A DNA stretch of 64,000 bases from an uncultured virus (IMG/VR IMGVR_UViG_3300031851_000015) (Duplodnaviria; Heunggongvirae; Uroviricota; Caudoviricetes): IMG/VR virus record IMGVR_UViG_3300031851_000015; one strand, 5' to 3'. The translations under genes and the position numbers were made by a program. Of the stretch, positions 25,801 through 35,896 are shown piece by piece. The first letter of the stretch is position 1. Each line of letters opens with the position of its first letter. The notes beneath the pieces are model-generated. The model saw only the letters and a program-made list of their open reading frames with translations. It made no database searches and had not been told where the DNA came from.

Positions 25801-28800
25801 AACCCTGCTGAACTAACAGTAATTCTATATTCACCATTTCCTTGATTACTTGCAACAGGAGTTAATAAAGTATTACCTTGATAAAGCCTAATTTCAGTTC
25901 CTGATCCTGCATAAGAAATTCCTACTCCACTAGGATAACAAGGAATTGTATGAGTTTCATTACTTAAAACTGCAGTAATTGCATCGCTACCTTCTTTGAT
26001 TTTATGAATTGTAATAGAATCACTAATACCGTCTGCGGTAGCTGTTACTATATATTTTTCTGCATTTCCAAAGTTAGCCGCAGTTAATGATCTAGTATTC
26101 CCTGTACCTGTTAAATTACTAATTACATTAGTTCCATTTTCATCTACTGCTGTAAAAGTCGCGCTTCCAGTAGTGTTTTGTAACTTAGCTGTAAACGTAA
26201 TTGTTTGACTAGACGGTACGGGTATAGCATTATTACTAGTATCTACATTTTTATCAAAAGTAAATACTTGCGAGTTTGCTGTTATTTGAACTGATTTAGC
26301 AGGTGTTCCTGAAATTCCTTGTTCACCATCTAAAACAATAGACATAGAGGCAGTAATTTTAGAAATAGAATTTAAATAATTATAATCAATTTCTAATATT
26401 GCACTTTTTAAACTTACACTTGCAACAGAGCTTAATCTAGAAGTATTAAGTTCATCGGTAATATCTCCATCTCTAGTAGTTACTGACGTACTCCAGCTAT
26501 CTGAACTTCTAGCAACTCTGTACCTTCTTTTAGCAACAATATCAGTTCCTTGATAGAATACCGCATCAAAATCTAGATGTCCTGCACTATAAGTAGAATT
26601 ATCAACATCTTTGTTAATTGTTTGAGACGTAACAGGAATAATAGTTCCTGTAACTGGTATTGGATTTTTTCTAAGTATTTCAGAAATACTTGGAGCAGCT
26701 CCATCTAAAGTGTCAATCCGAGGGTCAAACCATAATACTTTGTTTTCAATAGCACTATTATCATTATAATAAAAAGCTCTCATTCTTAAGTCAGCAACAG
26801 CCGCTAAAGAAGAATCTGTAATTGTATAGTCTGCGAATCCAGTTAAAACTTTTTCTCCAGTTTCAGCATCCCATAGACCTGAATCAGGATGAACAGTATT
26901 AACATAACCGCTGGATTGATAAGGATTAACATGACTTACTAATAAATACCATCTATCATTTTGAGGCAAGTCAAAATTACTTTTAAAATAAGGGTTGCCA
27001 GTAGAAACACCGTCAGTTGATCTAGTTATATTTCTAGCAGAGCCTCCTGCTATTCTATTATAAACTCCCCAATATCTTCCACCCGTAGTTGTTGAAGTTG
27101 GATTTTCAAAGTTTTCTTGCTTAATAAAAACAGACAATCTATGTAATTTAGTTGAATCTATTTCAGTAGCAGGTCCATAAAATCCACCGTCATGAGCACT
27201 ACTCGTATCTTTATTAACTGATTTCCAAATAATAGACTCCCCACCAAAAGGATCTGTGTCTACTTCTCTAATATTTTCTGATGTTTCACCAGTACTATCC
27301 CAAAGACCGCCCCCAACAGTGTTATCTCCTGTTCCTGCAGTCCAAGGTATAAATCCTTGATTTAATAAAGTATTTGCAGTAATTTCAGAAAGAAGTTGAG
27401 GTTCTCCCCAAGTATAGTTACCTGTGTTATTAGTTCTACTACCGTCACTTGCCCAGATATTTTTTACTTTAGTAGGCAACGTAGTAGACCATCCTGTTGG
27501 TATTCCAGAACTTGCCGAAGGAGTTGTTGGTTTATTTTCACTAGCTATATATATTCTTGCTAATCCGTCACCCTCTAGTCCATCGGCTACGGTAAATGTG
27601 TTTGTTATTGTATTGCCGTTACTGTCTGGTTGATCATAGGTAACTGTAACGGTTTCCCCAGATTTAGTTATAGAATCAATACCTATACCATCATCTACAG
27701 TAGCAGTACTATTATCGTCAAAAGTAACAGTCAATGTATCACCTGATTTAGCAACAGAACTTATACCATTAACTGTAAAAGTATCATCACTCCCAGAGTC
27801 ATAAGTAACAGTAACAGTTTCTCCAGATTTACTTACTCCAGTAATTGATCGACCGTCTGTTCTTTGAGCATAAATAACAGGAGTTCCAAAAGTAACTTCT
27901 GCGGCAGTTTCTAAAGCAGATCCTGATGCTACACCAGAAGACCTATAAACAATATCACCGTCAGAGCCTAATGCGGGTGCTGATCTTGACCAACCACTAG
28001 TAGGATGAGTTAAAGTGTCATTAGTAAAATTATAAGTAGGTGAAGTTGCAGGTGCATGTCCCGCATTACTGTTAAGCCTATATATTACAATTTCTGCTAC
28101 AGCTTCACCTTCTACTCGAAAAGGATCTGACCAAGTAAAACTTGTAGCACCTGCTGCTTTAGCACCGTTTGCTGCGTATAATAATCCTGTACCAGTAGCA
28201 TCATCAGCATTATCATACCAAGGGCCACTTGAAGTTATATCTGAATCAGTTGGTGCAGTAGTTAGCGCTGTAGCACTTCTTTGAAAAACGATATTAGTAG
28301 AAGCACCAGTAATTCCTGTATCACCTAGTCTAGATAAACTAAAAGATTGAGTCTTAGTAATAGTAAAGCTTTCACCTAATAATGTTTTACCGGTAATTGT
28401 AAAAGTAATACTAGCAGTATCTGCAGTCATAGCTGTTAAAGCAGCTACAGAGGCGTTATTAGTTGAGTCTGATATAGCTCCTACTGTACACCCTGTTGCA
28501 GCAGCAGTTACTGTAAAGTGACCATTAGCCGTTCCTGTACCGTCATAATCTAACTGAGTAGTACCTTCAAAAACTGAAATGAGGGTTCCGCTACCTGTGA
28601 AAATAGTAGGATTTCCGCTATTAGGCGCAGTCAAAGTATGACTTTCATTAGAAAGTATTGCAGTTAAACCACCAGAACCCTCTATTTGAACCCAAGTATA
28701 GTCGCCAATAGTTGTAGAATCTGCTGCAGTATTATCACTATAAGTGCCAATATAAGTACCTACATCTTCACCGTTATTACCAGTAAATGTAGTTCCGTTA

Positions 28801-31592
28801 TCATTAGAATATTTAATATGAAGATAAGCATTATCACCGTCTTCTACCGTATATTCTATTCCTTCCTCTGGTACATACTTAACCCCTGCTGCATAAGTAA
28901 AGGAATTTGCACCGTCAGCTTTAGTTCCATATCTAATATATTTTACACCGGAAGGAATAGCATCAGTATAAGTTGAATCATCAGCACTATATTGAACATT
29001 AACTGAGGTACCACTTACAGCATCTTGAAGGCGATATATAGTTATACTATCACTAACATTACTATCAGCTGTTACAGTTATTGTTACTGAATCATTTGTT
29101 CCAAAATTAGCACTTGTTAACGTTCTAGTATTTCCTGTTCCAGTAAGCGTTACAGAAGGGCTAGTAGTAAAAGTAGCATTAGTATCTGTAGTATTTTGCA
29201 AAGCTGCTGTTAATGTTATACTTTGATTGCTAGGTGTTGCAGCTCCTTGAGAGTTAAAAGTAAAGGTTTGGCTTGTTGCACCTACAGAGATAGCTTTAGA
29301 ATTAATCCCTATAAATCTTGTAAAAGTAATACCTGACGTTATAGGGAGAGTTGGCAGGTCACTATTATATACGTAATAAGCAACAAAAGGTTTATTTACA
29401 CTAAAAGTATAACTTTGAGAATTACTGGCAGCGTTTACTGAATCAGCGTAAATAATAGCTACTCTGCTAACTGTAATTAAAGTTAAACTTTGGTTAGATA
29501 ACTCTACTCTTTCCGATTTTAATCCTGTAATATTTCTAGATCTTACTGAAAAGGTGTAATCTCCTGTTTTAAGACCTGTTATATCAAAACTGTTAGTAAC
29601 ACTTGTACCTAAAGTTTGAAAGTCAGCAATATCCCAATCTGAAGAGCTTGCGCTAGGTGTACTATTACTGTTATTTGTTTTTGCAACATAGTTCTGATTG
29701 TTATATCGAACCATATCTCCAATAACATAATTTCCGCTATTAGTCCACACAGTACCGACTCTTTGAGCCTCAATTATATACTCAACTACAGAAGCATCAT
29801 CTGCTGCTGTCCAAGAAAGTTTTCCTGAAGCTGTTCCTGTAATGTCTGATGTATTAGAAAAAGTTAAACTTGTTGGAACACCTACTTTAAAGTCAAAATC
29901 AGGTCTAACTACGTAAGATAAATCATTAGGTACATTCCATGCTAAAATATTAAAATCAAATCTAAAAGCAGAAATATCAACTGAAAAATCACTATTAACC
30001 TTAATAGATTCTACTCTAAATATTTCATTAGAAATACTCATAGTAGGCATATTAACTTTAATAATATCTCCAGGTTCTACAGTAAGTCCTTCTTTGTTAA
30101 TTGAAAAAGTTATTGTATAAAGATATCTAGATTTTCTTACTTGTTGTTCTGCTAAAGCTTGTGCATGATACTTACTAGTAACTCCATCACCTTGTAAAGA
30201 AGTTGTTAACGGTTGGTTATTGTCTTCTGTCAAGTAAGTTTGATGTACGCTACTATTTGTTGGAGGCCAAGTAAAAGTATCATCTTTAAAGTTTTCAAAT
30301 TCATTATCAAAACTAACTGTTACTTGATTAAATCTATCTTGTGCTTTTGGAAATACTAGTTTAACAGATTCACGTACTATGTTATCTTCATCAAACGTAT
30401 GAGTAATTAAAGCATCTTGTTGAGACTGTGTTTGTGGATAAGATAAAATAAGTTTATACTTACCTTGAGGCGTCCAAACAAGATCGGACAAGCCCATTGT
30501 ATTAAGAATACGCTCAATATTATTTCGAATAGTTTCTTCAGTACTTAAAGTAATGTTACACTCATAAAGAGAAATAGTATCTGTAGCGGGTGCAGTAGTT
30601 AAAGTGTAACTTGCAGTAATATTAGGCGTAGATCCTGATTGAGTCTGAGTATATAAGTTATCATTAGTTTCGTCATAGTATAAATACCCAGCCATATAAG
30701 GCTCAATATCAGTAGTAGGAAAATCATTTTGTGATGTGTAAGAAAAGATAGGCTTTACATCATTAACTTCACCACCAATAGTAGCACCTGTTAAAACAGG
30801 GGTATCACAAATATCTGCTGCATTATAAAAAGATTCTAAGTCTACGTCATTAGTAGTTAACCCTCTGCCAAAGTCATTGTTTAACAAATAATCTAATAAA
30901 CACAAAGAAGGGTTATTAGAGTAAGTATAACTTGAATTTAAAGAGTAAGTATAACCGCTTTCAGAAGAACCACTGCGAGTAACAGCGCGTACTTTTCTTC
31001 CCTTAACAATATAAGCCATCGAAGGAATACCGCTGTACTGTGGCTCATCTCTATTTAGTTTAAAAAAGTTACTAACATGAGCACAACCAGAAAAATTATT
31101 AGTGCTAGGAAAACCAAAAGCAGTTGCCGTTGCATCTGACGTTCCTCCAGTTGTATGAATATGAAATCTATGATTAAAAGAAGATTTGTTCTCTTTCATT
31201 TCTTTAGTATAACCACGATAGTCAATTTCATTAACTAAAATATGTTTTACACTTTCAATACCATCATGACACAAAGCTGTTTGAACAGCAAGAAATTCAT
31301 TTTTAGATCCAGTTTTTGCATTGTTATCAAAACTTGTTTCTAATTGTTGATTAGAATTTAAACTAACAGATGGATAAGAAGATTTTACTTTATAGTTACA
31401 ATGAATTCCACCTATTCTTTGCTTTCCATAAACAACAGGCAAAGGTGCAGAACTTCCAGAAACAGTAAACTTTTGCCCTTTACGAGCATCAGCCGCTGCC
31501 TCCATTTTCTTTTTCATTTTTTCAGCTTGTTTTACTTGATAAACAATAGAGGCTGCGGTAACTACCGCTTGAATAATTGCTAATGTACCCAT
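22890..31592 (-). CDS. Tail tip/host-specificity protein (lambda J-like central fibre, 2900 aa)
   Basis: PLPVVYG, VKGRKV and SNNPSLCLLDYL--GRG motifs; FN3-like segment; two CBM-like W----Y--GD-V-YN---Y repeats; Gly-rich C-terminus. Confidence 0.85.
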   Translation of the reverse strand: MGTLAIIQAVVTAASIVYQVKQAEKMKKKMEAAADARKGQKFTVSGSSAPLPVVYGKQRIGGIHCNYKVKSSYPSVSLNSNQQLETSFDNNAKTGSKNEFLAVQTALCHDGIESVKHILVNEIDYRGYTKEMKENKSSFNHRFHIHTTGGTSDATATAFGFPSTNNFSGCAHVSNFFKLNRDEPQYSGIPSMAYIVKGRKVRAVTRSGSSESGYTYSLNSSYTYSNNPSLCLLDYLLNNDFGRGLTTNDVDLESFYNAADICDTPVLTGATIGGEVNDVKPIFSYTSQNDFPTTDIEPYMAGYLYYDETNDNLYTQTQSGSTPNITASYTLTTAPATDTISLYECNITLSTEETIRNNIERILNTMGLSDLVWTPQGKYKLILSYPQTQSQQDALITHTFDEDNIVRESVKLVFPKAQDRFNQVTVSFDNEFENFKDDTFTWPPTNSSVHQTYLTEDNNQPLTTSLQGDGVTSKYHAQALAEQQVRKSRYLYTITFSINKEGLTVEPGDIIKVNMPTMSISNEIFRVESIKVNSDFSVDISAFRFDFNILAWNVPNDLSYVVRPDFDFKVGVPTSLTFSNTSDITGTASGKLSWTAADDASVVEYIIEAQRVGTVWTNSGNYVIGDMVRYNNQNYVAKTNNSNSTPSASSSDWDIADFQTLGTSVTNSFDITGLKTGDYTFSVRSRNITGLKSERVELSNQSLTLITVSRVAIIYADSVNAASNSQSYTFSVNKPFVAYYVYNSDLPTLPITSGITFTRFIGINSKAISVGATSQTFTFNSQGAATPSNQSITLTAALQNTTDTNATFTTSPSVTLTGTGNTRTLTSANFGTNDSVTITVTADSNVSDSITIYRLQDAVSGTSVNVQYSADDSTYTDAIPSGVKYIRYGTKADGANSFTYAAGVKYVPEEGIEYTVEDGDNAYLHIKYSNDNGTTFTGNNGEDVGTYIGTYSDNTAADSTTIGDYTWVQIEGSGGLTAILSNESHTLTAPNSGNPTIFTGSGTLISVFEGTTQLDYDGTGTANGHFTVTAAATGCTVGAISDSTNNASVAALTAMTADTASITFTITGKTLLGESFTITKTQSFSLSRLGDTGITGASTNIVFQRSATALTTAPTDSDITSSGPWYDNADDATGTGLLYAANGAKAAGATSFTWSDPFRVEGEAVAEIVIYRLNSNAGHAPATSPTYNFTNDTLTHPTSGWSRSAPALGSDGDIVYRSSGVASGSALETAAEVTFGTPVIYAQRTDGRSITGVSKSGETVTVTYDSGSDDTFTVNGISSVAKSGDTLTVTFDDNSTATVDDGIGIDSITKSGETVTVTYDQPDSNGNTITNTFTVADGLEGDGLARIYIASENKPTTPSASSGIPTGWSTTLPTKVKNIWASDGSRTNNTGNYTWGEPQLLSEITANTLLNQGFIPWTAGTGDNTVGGGLWDSTGETSENIREVDTDPFGGESIIWKSVNKDTSSAHDGGFYGPATEIDSTKLHRLSVFIKQENFENPTSTTTGGRYWGVYNRIAGGSARNITRSTDGVSTGNPYFKSNFDLPQNDRWYLLVSHVNPYQSSGYVNTVHPDSGLWDAETGEKVLTGFADYTITDSSLAAVADLRMRAFYYNDNSAIENKVLWFDPRIDTLDGAAPSISEILRKNPIPVTGTIIPVTSQTINKDVDNSTYSAGHLDFDAVFYQGTDIVAKRRYRVARSSDSWSTSVTTRDGDITDELNTSRLSSVASVSLKSAILEIDYNYLNSISKITASMSIVLDGEQGISGTPAKSVQITANSQVFTFDKNVDTSNNAIPVPSSQTITFTAKLQNTTGSATFTAVDENGTNVISNLTGTGNTRSLTAANFGNAEKYIVTATADGISDSITIHKIKEGSDAITAVLSNETHTIPCYPSGVGISYAGSGTEIRLYQGNTLLTPVASNQGNGEYRITVSSAGFFESNTPATHPQTSDITISGNIATMPDVSHLEARAPETLIQYSFNGYTNEGVWFNFSKTQKFIRSIEFSPRHSSIRYDDYYLKASSYPNNNPLNFSNWGFNGQTGYSTGGQYAAFNTGTGGSVTLNQPSNNFLYTLGSLTFNNATDAIGDPIHEASHLFLITPSEEEQTSHDKYHSITTLKQDDQIAIIREGIKVVFDVVNVDYVSYSTDADISRYVALIEFSYNSNESGPGATTVDFPGSADPNPIDIVLHHELKGNSGSDGTIVSINGSDIFLDPSDITTDFTTNTDAVQAKLNRAFLKANYLPLPSIATPTSAEYDAASNADLSQAMLIIPKDSNVFNRFVLKNNNTNANTSNNEFTISNVSAFLADPSFTIQNGYRPANDTRVFYEKSSDNSVQELGLNDFIAVNSPTSTIRLSDQFILNNIITANDKVTIDTIHHTTRKWQTRLASSDWVFNTVYAKGDLISYNSNTYIATDDISSGTSNPSSNSNWSVYNSNVWTDDAIVFEQPIVSELLISREAIIQHLSALKIDVTQLNINDMVEFGQGGGYKVNKTSPDDDTNGIFLGNPLPSGTGSSAVDLEFALATKGDKEINSTTFKHGVKFTAKETILENPTIKQGEKTGYTGNVLSSTASHATSGTNFNSSGGTETISGDTWNYVKIDPNAIEVSVEAIGGGGGGAGEANSSHNPGSAGTQSNFILVARTTTGGSFSDYTSIISSTTCLGGAGATGPGVDTFRGDPGQASIYAAGGYGGGSTSAGGNGSQGSGGGGRGGRSPDWDASSRKGGAGGRAGAQVTADSEVLSVGGNDTTLADNTGNPKFSSGEIRLYYRIGSGGVGGSGGGTGGDGLLKYSVTTVGANEVLLNPFGTRAWVNFVGNGSDATNATINGSSNIASVYKIASGRYTATFVTPMPNANYAITYAGSVATGYSPSVGTCIDVYSMSSTAFSFNISDPTGNNYANPRKVMLTVVV
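29327..29349 (+). promoter_or_regulatory. Antisense class A promoter-like site (TAATACCTGACGTTATAGGGAGA)
   Basis: First 14 nt are identical to the class A consensus, but on the opposite strand and inside the tail-tip CDS. Confidence 0.4.
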
Positions 31593-32158
31593 TATACTTT
31601 ACCCCACTTAAGATTAATTTCACTGTCTTCGTAAAGGCTATCAAAAGAAGTATCAACTGAACTTATTTGATCCATACCGTCTTTAGAAACCATTGTTACA
31701 TTAATTTGATCTAAATCTGCCATAGGAGAAGTTCCTTCAAGTAGGGCTAATTTAGTATCCCAATTGTTTTCAATAGAAGGACCATCAACAAAACCCGAAT
31801 ACAAACTAATTATATCTTCTGTAGCAGTTAAGGGTTGATCAGTAGCAGGATCAATAATACCCACCCTAACTTTCATAGGCGATCCAATTACTCCTGATTT
31901 AAAGTGAGCAGCAAATTGATCTGAGATATCAGTAATAACTACTTTATAAGCTTCTCTATCTAAAACAGAAGAAAAGTTAGGAGGTTCAAATTCAAATAAA
32001 CCGCCGTCTGCTATATAAGTATTACTATTCCAAGTAATATTTCTATTATAGCTAGTAAAGTAATAATTAGTAGAGCCAAAGGTTAATTCAATTAAAAAGA
32101 AATATTTAAATCTTTCTGCGCTAATTGCAGTTGTAACTGCTGAACTAAACTCTCTCAT
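31592..32158 (-). CDS. Tail tip/baseplate hub-associated minor tail protein
   Basis: Position between the distal tail and J-like genes; MR-FS...LIEL-F...KWG pattern. Confidence 0.65.
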   Translation of the reverse strand: MREFSSAVTTAISAERFKYFFLIELTFGSTNYYFTSYNRNITWNSNTYIADGGLFEFEPPNFSSVLDREAYKVVITDISDQFAAHFKSGVIGSPMKVRVGIIDPATDQPLTATEDIISLYSGFVDGPSIENNWDTKLALLEGTSPMADLDQINVTMVSKDGMDQISSVDTSFDSLYEDSEINLKWGKV

Positions 32159-32772
32159 TATAATGCCTCAATTAAATTAACTGTACCAATATTAGAAAGA
32201 ATACCGTCTGTATAAGTAATACCCATTTGATTATCAATGCTCTTAAAGTAACTTATAACGCAATCATCACCTGTCTTAATAGTATTATTAATAGCCAAAG
32301 AAGATAATAAGTTTGGATAAATATTTAAAGTTTTATCTGCCGAGCCTGTAAAATCTAAAGCACTAGTAGTTATATAGACTTTAGAGTGATTGCTAAACTT
32401 TATAAAAGAACCTTTGGGTAATTTACCTGTTACATTAGAGCTATTATTAACAAGAACAGAAGAAGACCCTGCTGTTGCAATAGCAGCAAGATTTAATGTA
32501 AGATTATTTAAAGTATTTGTGTTAGCCTCTTTGACTAGCTGTGGCATAATCATTGTATCAGAAGTATCAAAGTTTACTATAGTACTTAAAAATAATTCTG
32601 CTGCTTTATCTTGATCTGATAAAACATTAAAGCTTAACTCCCAACGTTGATGATCTTGAGAAGCTCTTTGAGTCTTTAATGAGACTGTTGTCATGTCAAA
32701 GTGAGGTTCATTTGACGATATTGTAATTGGTGCAAGTATTTCAGCACCTTGATAAAAATAAGTTTTTGCCAT
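32158..32772 (-). CDS. Distal tail protein
   Basis: QRWELSF, GSFIKFSNHSKVY and IYPNL motifs. Confidence 0.65.
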   Translation of the reverse strand: MAKTYFYQGAEILAPITISSNEPHFDMTTVSLKTQRASQDHQRWELSFNVLSDQDKAAELFLSTIVNFDTSDTMIMPQLVKEANTNTLNNLTLNLAAIATAGSSSVLVNNSSNVTGKLPKGSFIKFSNHSKVYITTSALDFTGSADKTLNIYPNLLSSLAINNTIKTGDDCVISYFKSIDNQMGITYTDGILSNIGTVNLIEAL

Positions 32773-32775
32773 TTT

Positions 32776-33213
32776 TTATTTCCTTGGTCTAGCTAACTCT
32801 AAGTGTCTTTCTAAAAATAGTACTTGTCTATTTTCACATACACCTAAATTGTCTTCACGAGTAAGATGCCAAAAGCCATCTCCCGCAATCATTGCCGACC
32901 CTTTTTCAAAAGCAATATCACCTAGCTTGGGTCTTCTACTAGGGATGTATTCATAGCCACAATATTCGGCATAAGTTTTTAGAGTATGTCCACTCTTTAA
33001 TAACTGATGAAGCCACTCTCTTGATGACTTCCAACGAGTAGTAAACAAGTCTCTAGCTTTACTTTTTCCTCTGAGTTCTAAATCGTACTCAGCAAACAAA
33101 GCGAAACAATCATTTACACCTCTTGTATATTCTTTGCAAGCATTAGTTAACTGATTTATAGTATCAGTAGCCCGTTGCAAGGCTGTTAACATTTCTTCTT
33201 CTGTATAATACAT
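32776..33213 (-). CDS. NlpC/P60-like tail-associated protein (DUF6950-like)
   Basis: G-NDC-LF and P-LGDIA motifs. Confidence 0.55.
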   Translation of the reverse strand: MYYTEEEMLTALQRATDTINQLTNACKEYTRGVNDCFALFAEYDLELRGKSKARDLFTTRWKSSREWLHQLLKSGHTLKTYAEYCGYEYIPSRRPKLGDIAFEKGSAMIAGDGFWHLTREDNLGVCENRQVLFLERHLELARPRK

Positions 33214-33239
33214 CTTACTATCTCTCTGCTACAGAGTGC

Positions 33240-33308
33240 CACAGAGAGCAACGATAAAGCTTATTGGATAATTACCCCCATTCATAAACCTTAACGCTAC
33301 TCTCTGTG
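33240..33308 (-). other. Long imperfect RNA hairpin (RNase III-site-like)
   Basis: About 28-bp stem on the minus strand with several G-U pairs; intergenic after phoH. Confidence 0.6.
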
Positions 33309-33314
33309 CCTCTT

Positions 33315-33998
33315 TTATAACTTTTCTTTAATAAACATTCTTACTAGATCTGCTACAATATCACTACGAACAATATCATCTACCGTAAACTTAACTACAG
33401 GTAGTGGTATATAGTTCTTTTTAATTAAGGCACAAAACTTTAATAAGTCTTGTCCTTTACGCACATCTGATTGTGCTGGATCTCCCATAAGTACTAACTT
33501 AGAATTTTCCCCCAGCCGAGTACTAATTGCTTTAAGTTCATCGATCGAAAGGTTTTGAGCTTCGTCTACAAGTACTAAAGAGTTCTCAAAAGAACGCCCC
33601 CGTATTGTTTCAATAGGTTGAATTTCAATTTCACCTTTATTAATCATGTACTTATACTTTTCTTTACCGAAAGCCCGTTCAAATACTTCAAGCATAGGTA
33701 AAAGCCAAGGGGTCATTTTTTCTTGAATAGTTCCAGGAAAATGACCTATACTCTTACCTGTAGGTACGTTAGCACGAGTAATTACAATTTTCTCATAACC
33801 GCCTTTTTGGTAAAGATGTGAGACCGTTCCTGCACTGCAGAAGGTTTTTCCGGTTCCAGCGCAACCAATAGTAACAGTAATAGGATAGACTTTAATAGAG
33901 CGAATGAGTTTATCTTGCTTTTCATTCTTTGGTATGACATGGAATCCTATCCTGTGTATATTATTTTTAGTAGCATAACGAGATTTTCTTTTGCTCAT
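33315..33998 (-). CDS. phoH: PhoH-like ATPase
   Basis: GCAGTGKT Walker A; IRGRSF, DEAQN, GDPAQSD and DIVRS motifs. Confidence 0.95.
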   Translation of the reverse strand: MSKRKSRYATKNNIHRIGFHVIPKNEKQDKLIRSIKVYPITVTIGCAGTGKTFCSAGTVSHLYQKGGYEKIVITRANVPTGKSIGHFPGTIQEKMTPWLLPMLEVFERAFGKEKYKYMINKGEIEIQPIETIRGRSFENSLVLVDEAQNLSIDELKAISTRLGENSKLVLMGDPAQSDVRKGQDLLKFCALIKKNYIPLPVVKFTVDDIVRSDIVADLVRMFIKEKL

Positions 33999-34019
33999 TA
34001 AGAGTCCTTTTTATTTTAA

Positions 34020-35108
34020 TTAAAGATATTGAACTATAATAACTCCGGCTGTTCCTGCTCCACCTGATCTTAACGCTCCGCTTTCTTGAGCCATCCCACC
34101 GCCGCCAGCACCAAAATTTGTACCAGCGTCACCGTTTATAGAGGTTCCACTTGAATGTTCATTTCCAGCGCCTCCTCGAAATGTCCAAGCGGAACTAAAG
34201 TTGCTCGCAGCGCTAATACCAGAGGGGAGATTTGGCAGAGGGCTATCTTCTCCATATCTTTGACCACTACCAGTAACTATAAGCCCGTCAAAGTCTCCTG
34301 TGTCTGATCCAAGGCCAAAGTTTACTGAGCCGCCACCAGAAGCCTGTGACCCGTCACCCCCGATAGAAAACCCTATACTTACGCCGCCAGTATAATTCTG
34401 ATCACCGCCAGACCCTGTTCCACCTACAGAGGCACCACAGCCGCCCCATTGACCTCCAAGAGTGCTAGTTGAATTTTCTCCAGGCATACCAGTGGTATTT
34501 GCATTATTTCCTAAAGTTCCTTGCCTTGAACCAAAGCCTCTTGAACCACCAGTTGCGGATATTGTTGTTCCAGAGTTAGGATTGAATGTTGTAGTGCCAC
34601 CATTCCTGCCTGATCGTGCTGTTCCTCCCCCTGAAGCTCCAGAGGATGCTGCGCCAGCCGCTCCGATTGAGATAGAAGCACTTGTTGTAGATGAGTAAGT
34701 GTATGTTCTAACAGCCACCCCGCCAGCACCGCCACCTGAAGCAACCTTTTCACGACCACTGTCTGTAGACGCAGATCCACCGCTACCGCCGCCGCCAACA
34801 ACCCAAACTTTTATCTGAGTTGCCCCTGATACGGTTGCTCTAGACCAACTTGTCCCAGAAGTTAAAATATCAGTCCGTAAAGGGAATTCACTATCAACAT
34901 AAAAAACAGTGCCATCACCTAACGTAATAGGTTCCAATCCACTATTTGGATCACCAAAAAACTTTACACGACCATTTATTTTAAGGAGAGAAGATCCAGA
35001 AAAACTATTAGGATATGTCGAAGTAAGAGTAGACAGAGAATTAACATCTACGATTCCTGAACTACCATTTCCACCAATTTCATTATGTTTAACACTGATC
35101 CCTGCCAT
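34020..35108 (-). CDS. Glycine-rich tail fibre-associated protein
   Basis: VWVVGGGGSGG, GGGAGG and G-AGVIIVQY motifs. Confidence 0.7.
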   Translation of the reverse strand: MAGISVKHNEIGGNGSSGIVDVNSLSTLTSTYPNSFSGSSLLKINGRVKFFGDPNSGLEPITLGDGTVFYVDSEFPLRTDILTSGTSWSRATVSGATQIKVWVVGGGGSGGSASTDSGREKVASGGGAGGVAVRTYTYSSTTSASISIGAAGAASSGASGGGTARSGRNGGTTTFNPNSGTTISATGGSRGFGSRQGTLGNNANTTGMPGENSTSTLGGQWGGCGASVGGTGSGGDQNYTGGVSIGFSIGGDGSQASGGGSVNFGLGSDTGDFDGLIVTGSGQRYGEDSPLPNLPSGISAASNFSSAWTFRGGAGNEHSSGTSINGDAGTNFGAGGGGMAQESGALRSGGAGTAGVIIVQYL

Positions 35109-35110
35109 AG

Positions 35111-35470
35111 TTATTCTACAATATAATTTGGTATAGGTTGTACTTCTACAAGCTCTTCAACCGTGGTGGCAGCTGTAATGTCTGAATGCGCAGGGGCATC
35201 TCTTAATACTTGTTTATCATTTACGATTTGAGTAGTATCACTACCTGCCTCAAGCGCCCTCATATACGCCGTATCTAATTCTGCGAGCTTGTCTTTGCGA
35301 CCTTTTCTTATTTTATCACGCCAAATTTCTTTAGCATTTTCGAGATTTACAGAAATTACAGCCGTATCTGTATCAGCTTGCCACGCTTCACGAAATTGTC
35401 TGTAACCAGTAATGGTATAATCAGCGGCATTATATTCTGTAGCGCCAATTTTAATAAATGTTTGTGTCAT
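35111..35470 (-). CDS. Tail fibre assembly-like protein
   Basis: R---L-ELD--YMRALE...KQ-LRDAP motif. Confidence 0.6.
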   Translation of the reverse strand: MTQTFIKIGATEYNAADYTITGYRQFREAWQADTDTAVISVNLENAKEIWRDKIRKGRKDKLAELDTAYMRALEAGSDTTQIVNDKQVLRDAPAHSDITAATTVEELVEVQPIPNYIVE

Positions 35471-35533
35471 AGAATTACTCCTAAAGTAAAAAATTAAAGG
35501 CGGGTGTAAGATAGTCTACCATAGGTTTGATAC

Positions 35534-35896
35534 TTAATTACCTACAGTCATGTTACATGCACGAGTAATATCCGACCAACCACTATCCCACTGCCACTGT
35601 ACAAATTGGCTTGTAGTTCTGAGATTATCAGTTCCACAAGTATTTCCAGAGGTTATGCCTCTATAGGTAGAGGTATTGGGGTGACAGTTTGTTGTAACTA
35701 AAGAATAATTCGCGTTGCTGTAGGCGGTGCTTATATTGACAGTTGTTTTTCCCACGGCTGTATCTGCTATGCTAGATATGTTTTCAGAGTCATCTATGTG
35801 TTGCGTTCCGTCTACACCCCACGTTAGCCAAGATTTTGCTGGATAAAGACCCGCGCCACTTGTAGTTTGAAACGCATTTGCTTTAAGTGTACTCAT
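35534..35896 (-). CDS. Small fibre-tip domain protein (MSTLK... paralog 1)
   Basis: Resembles 36298..36672 and the C-terminus of the 2900-aa tip protein. Confidence 0.6.
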   Translation of the reverse strand: MSTLKANAFQTTSGAGLYPAKSWLTWGVDGTQHIDDSENISSIADTAVGKTTVNISTAYSNANYSLVTTNCHPNTSTYRGITSGNTCGTDNLRTTSQFVQWQWDSGWSDITRACNMTVGN

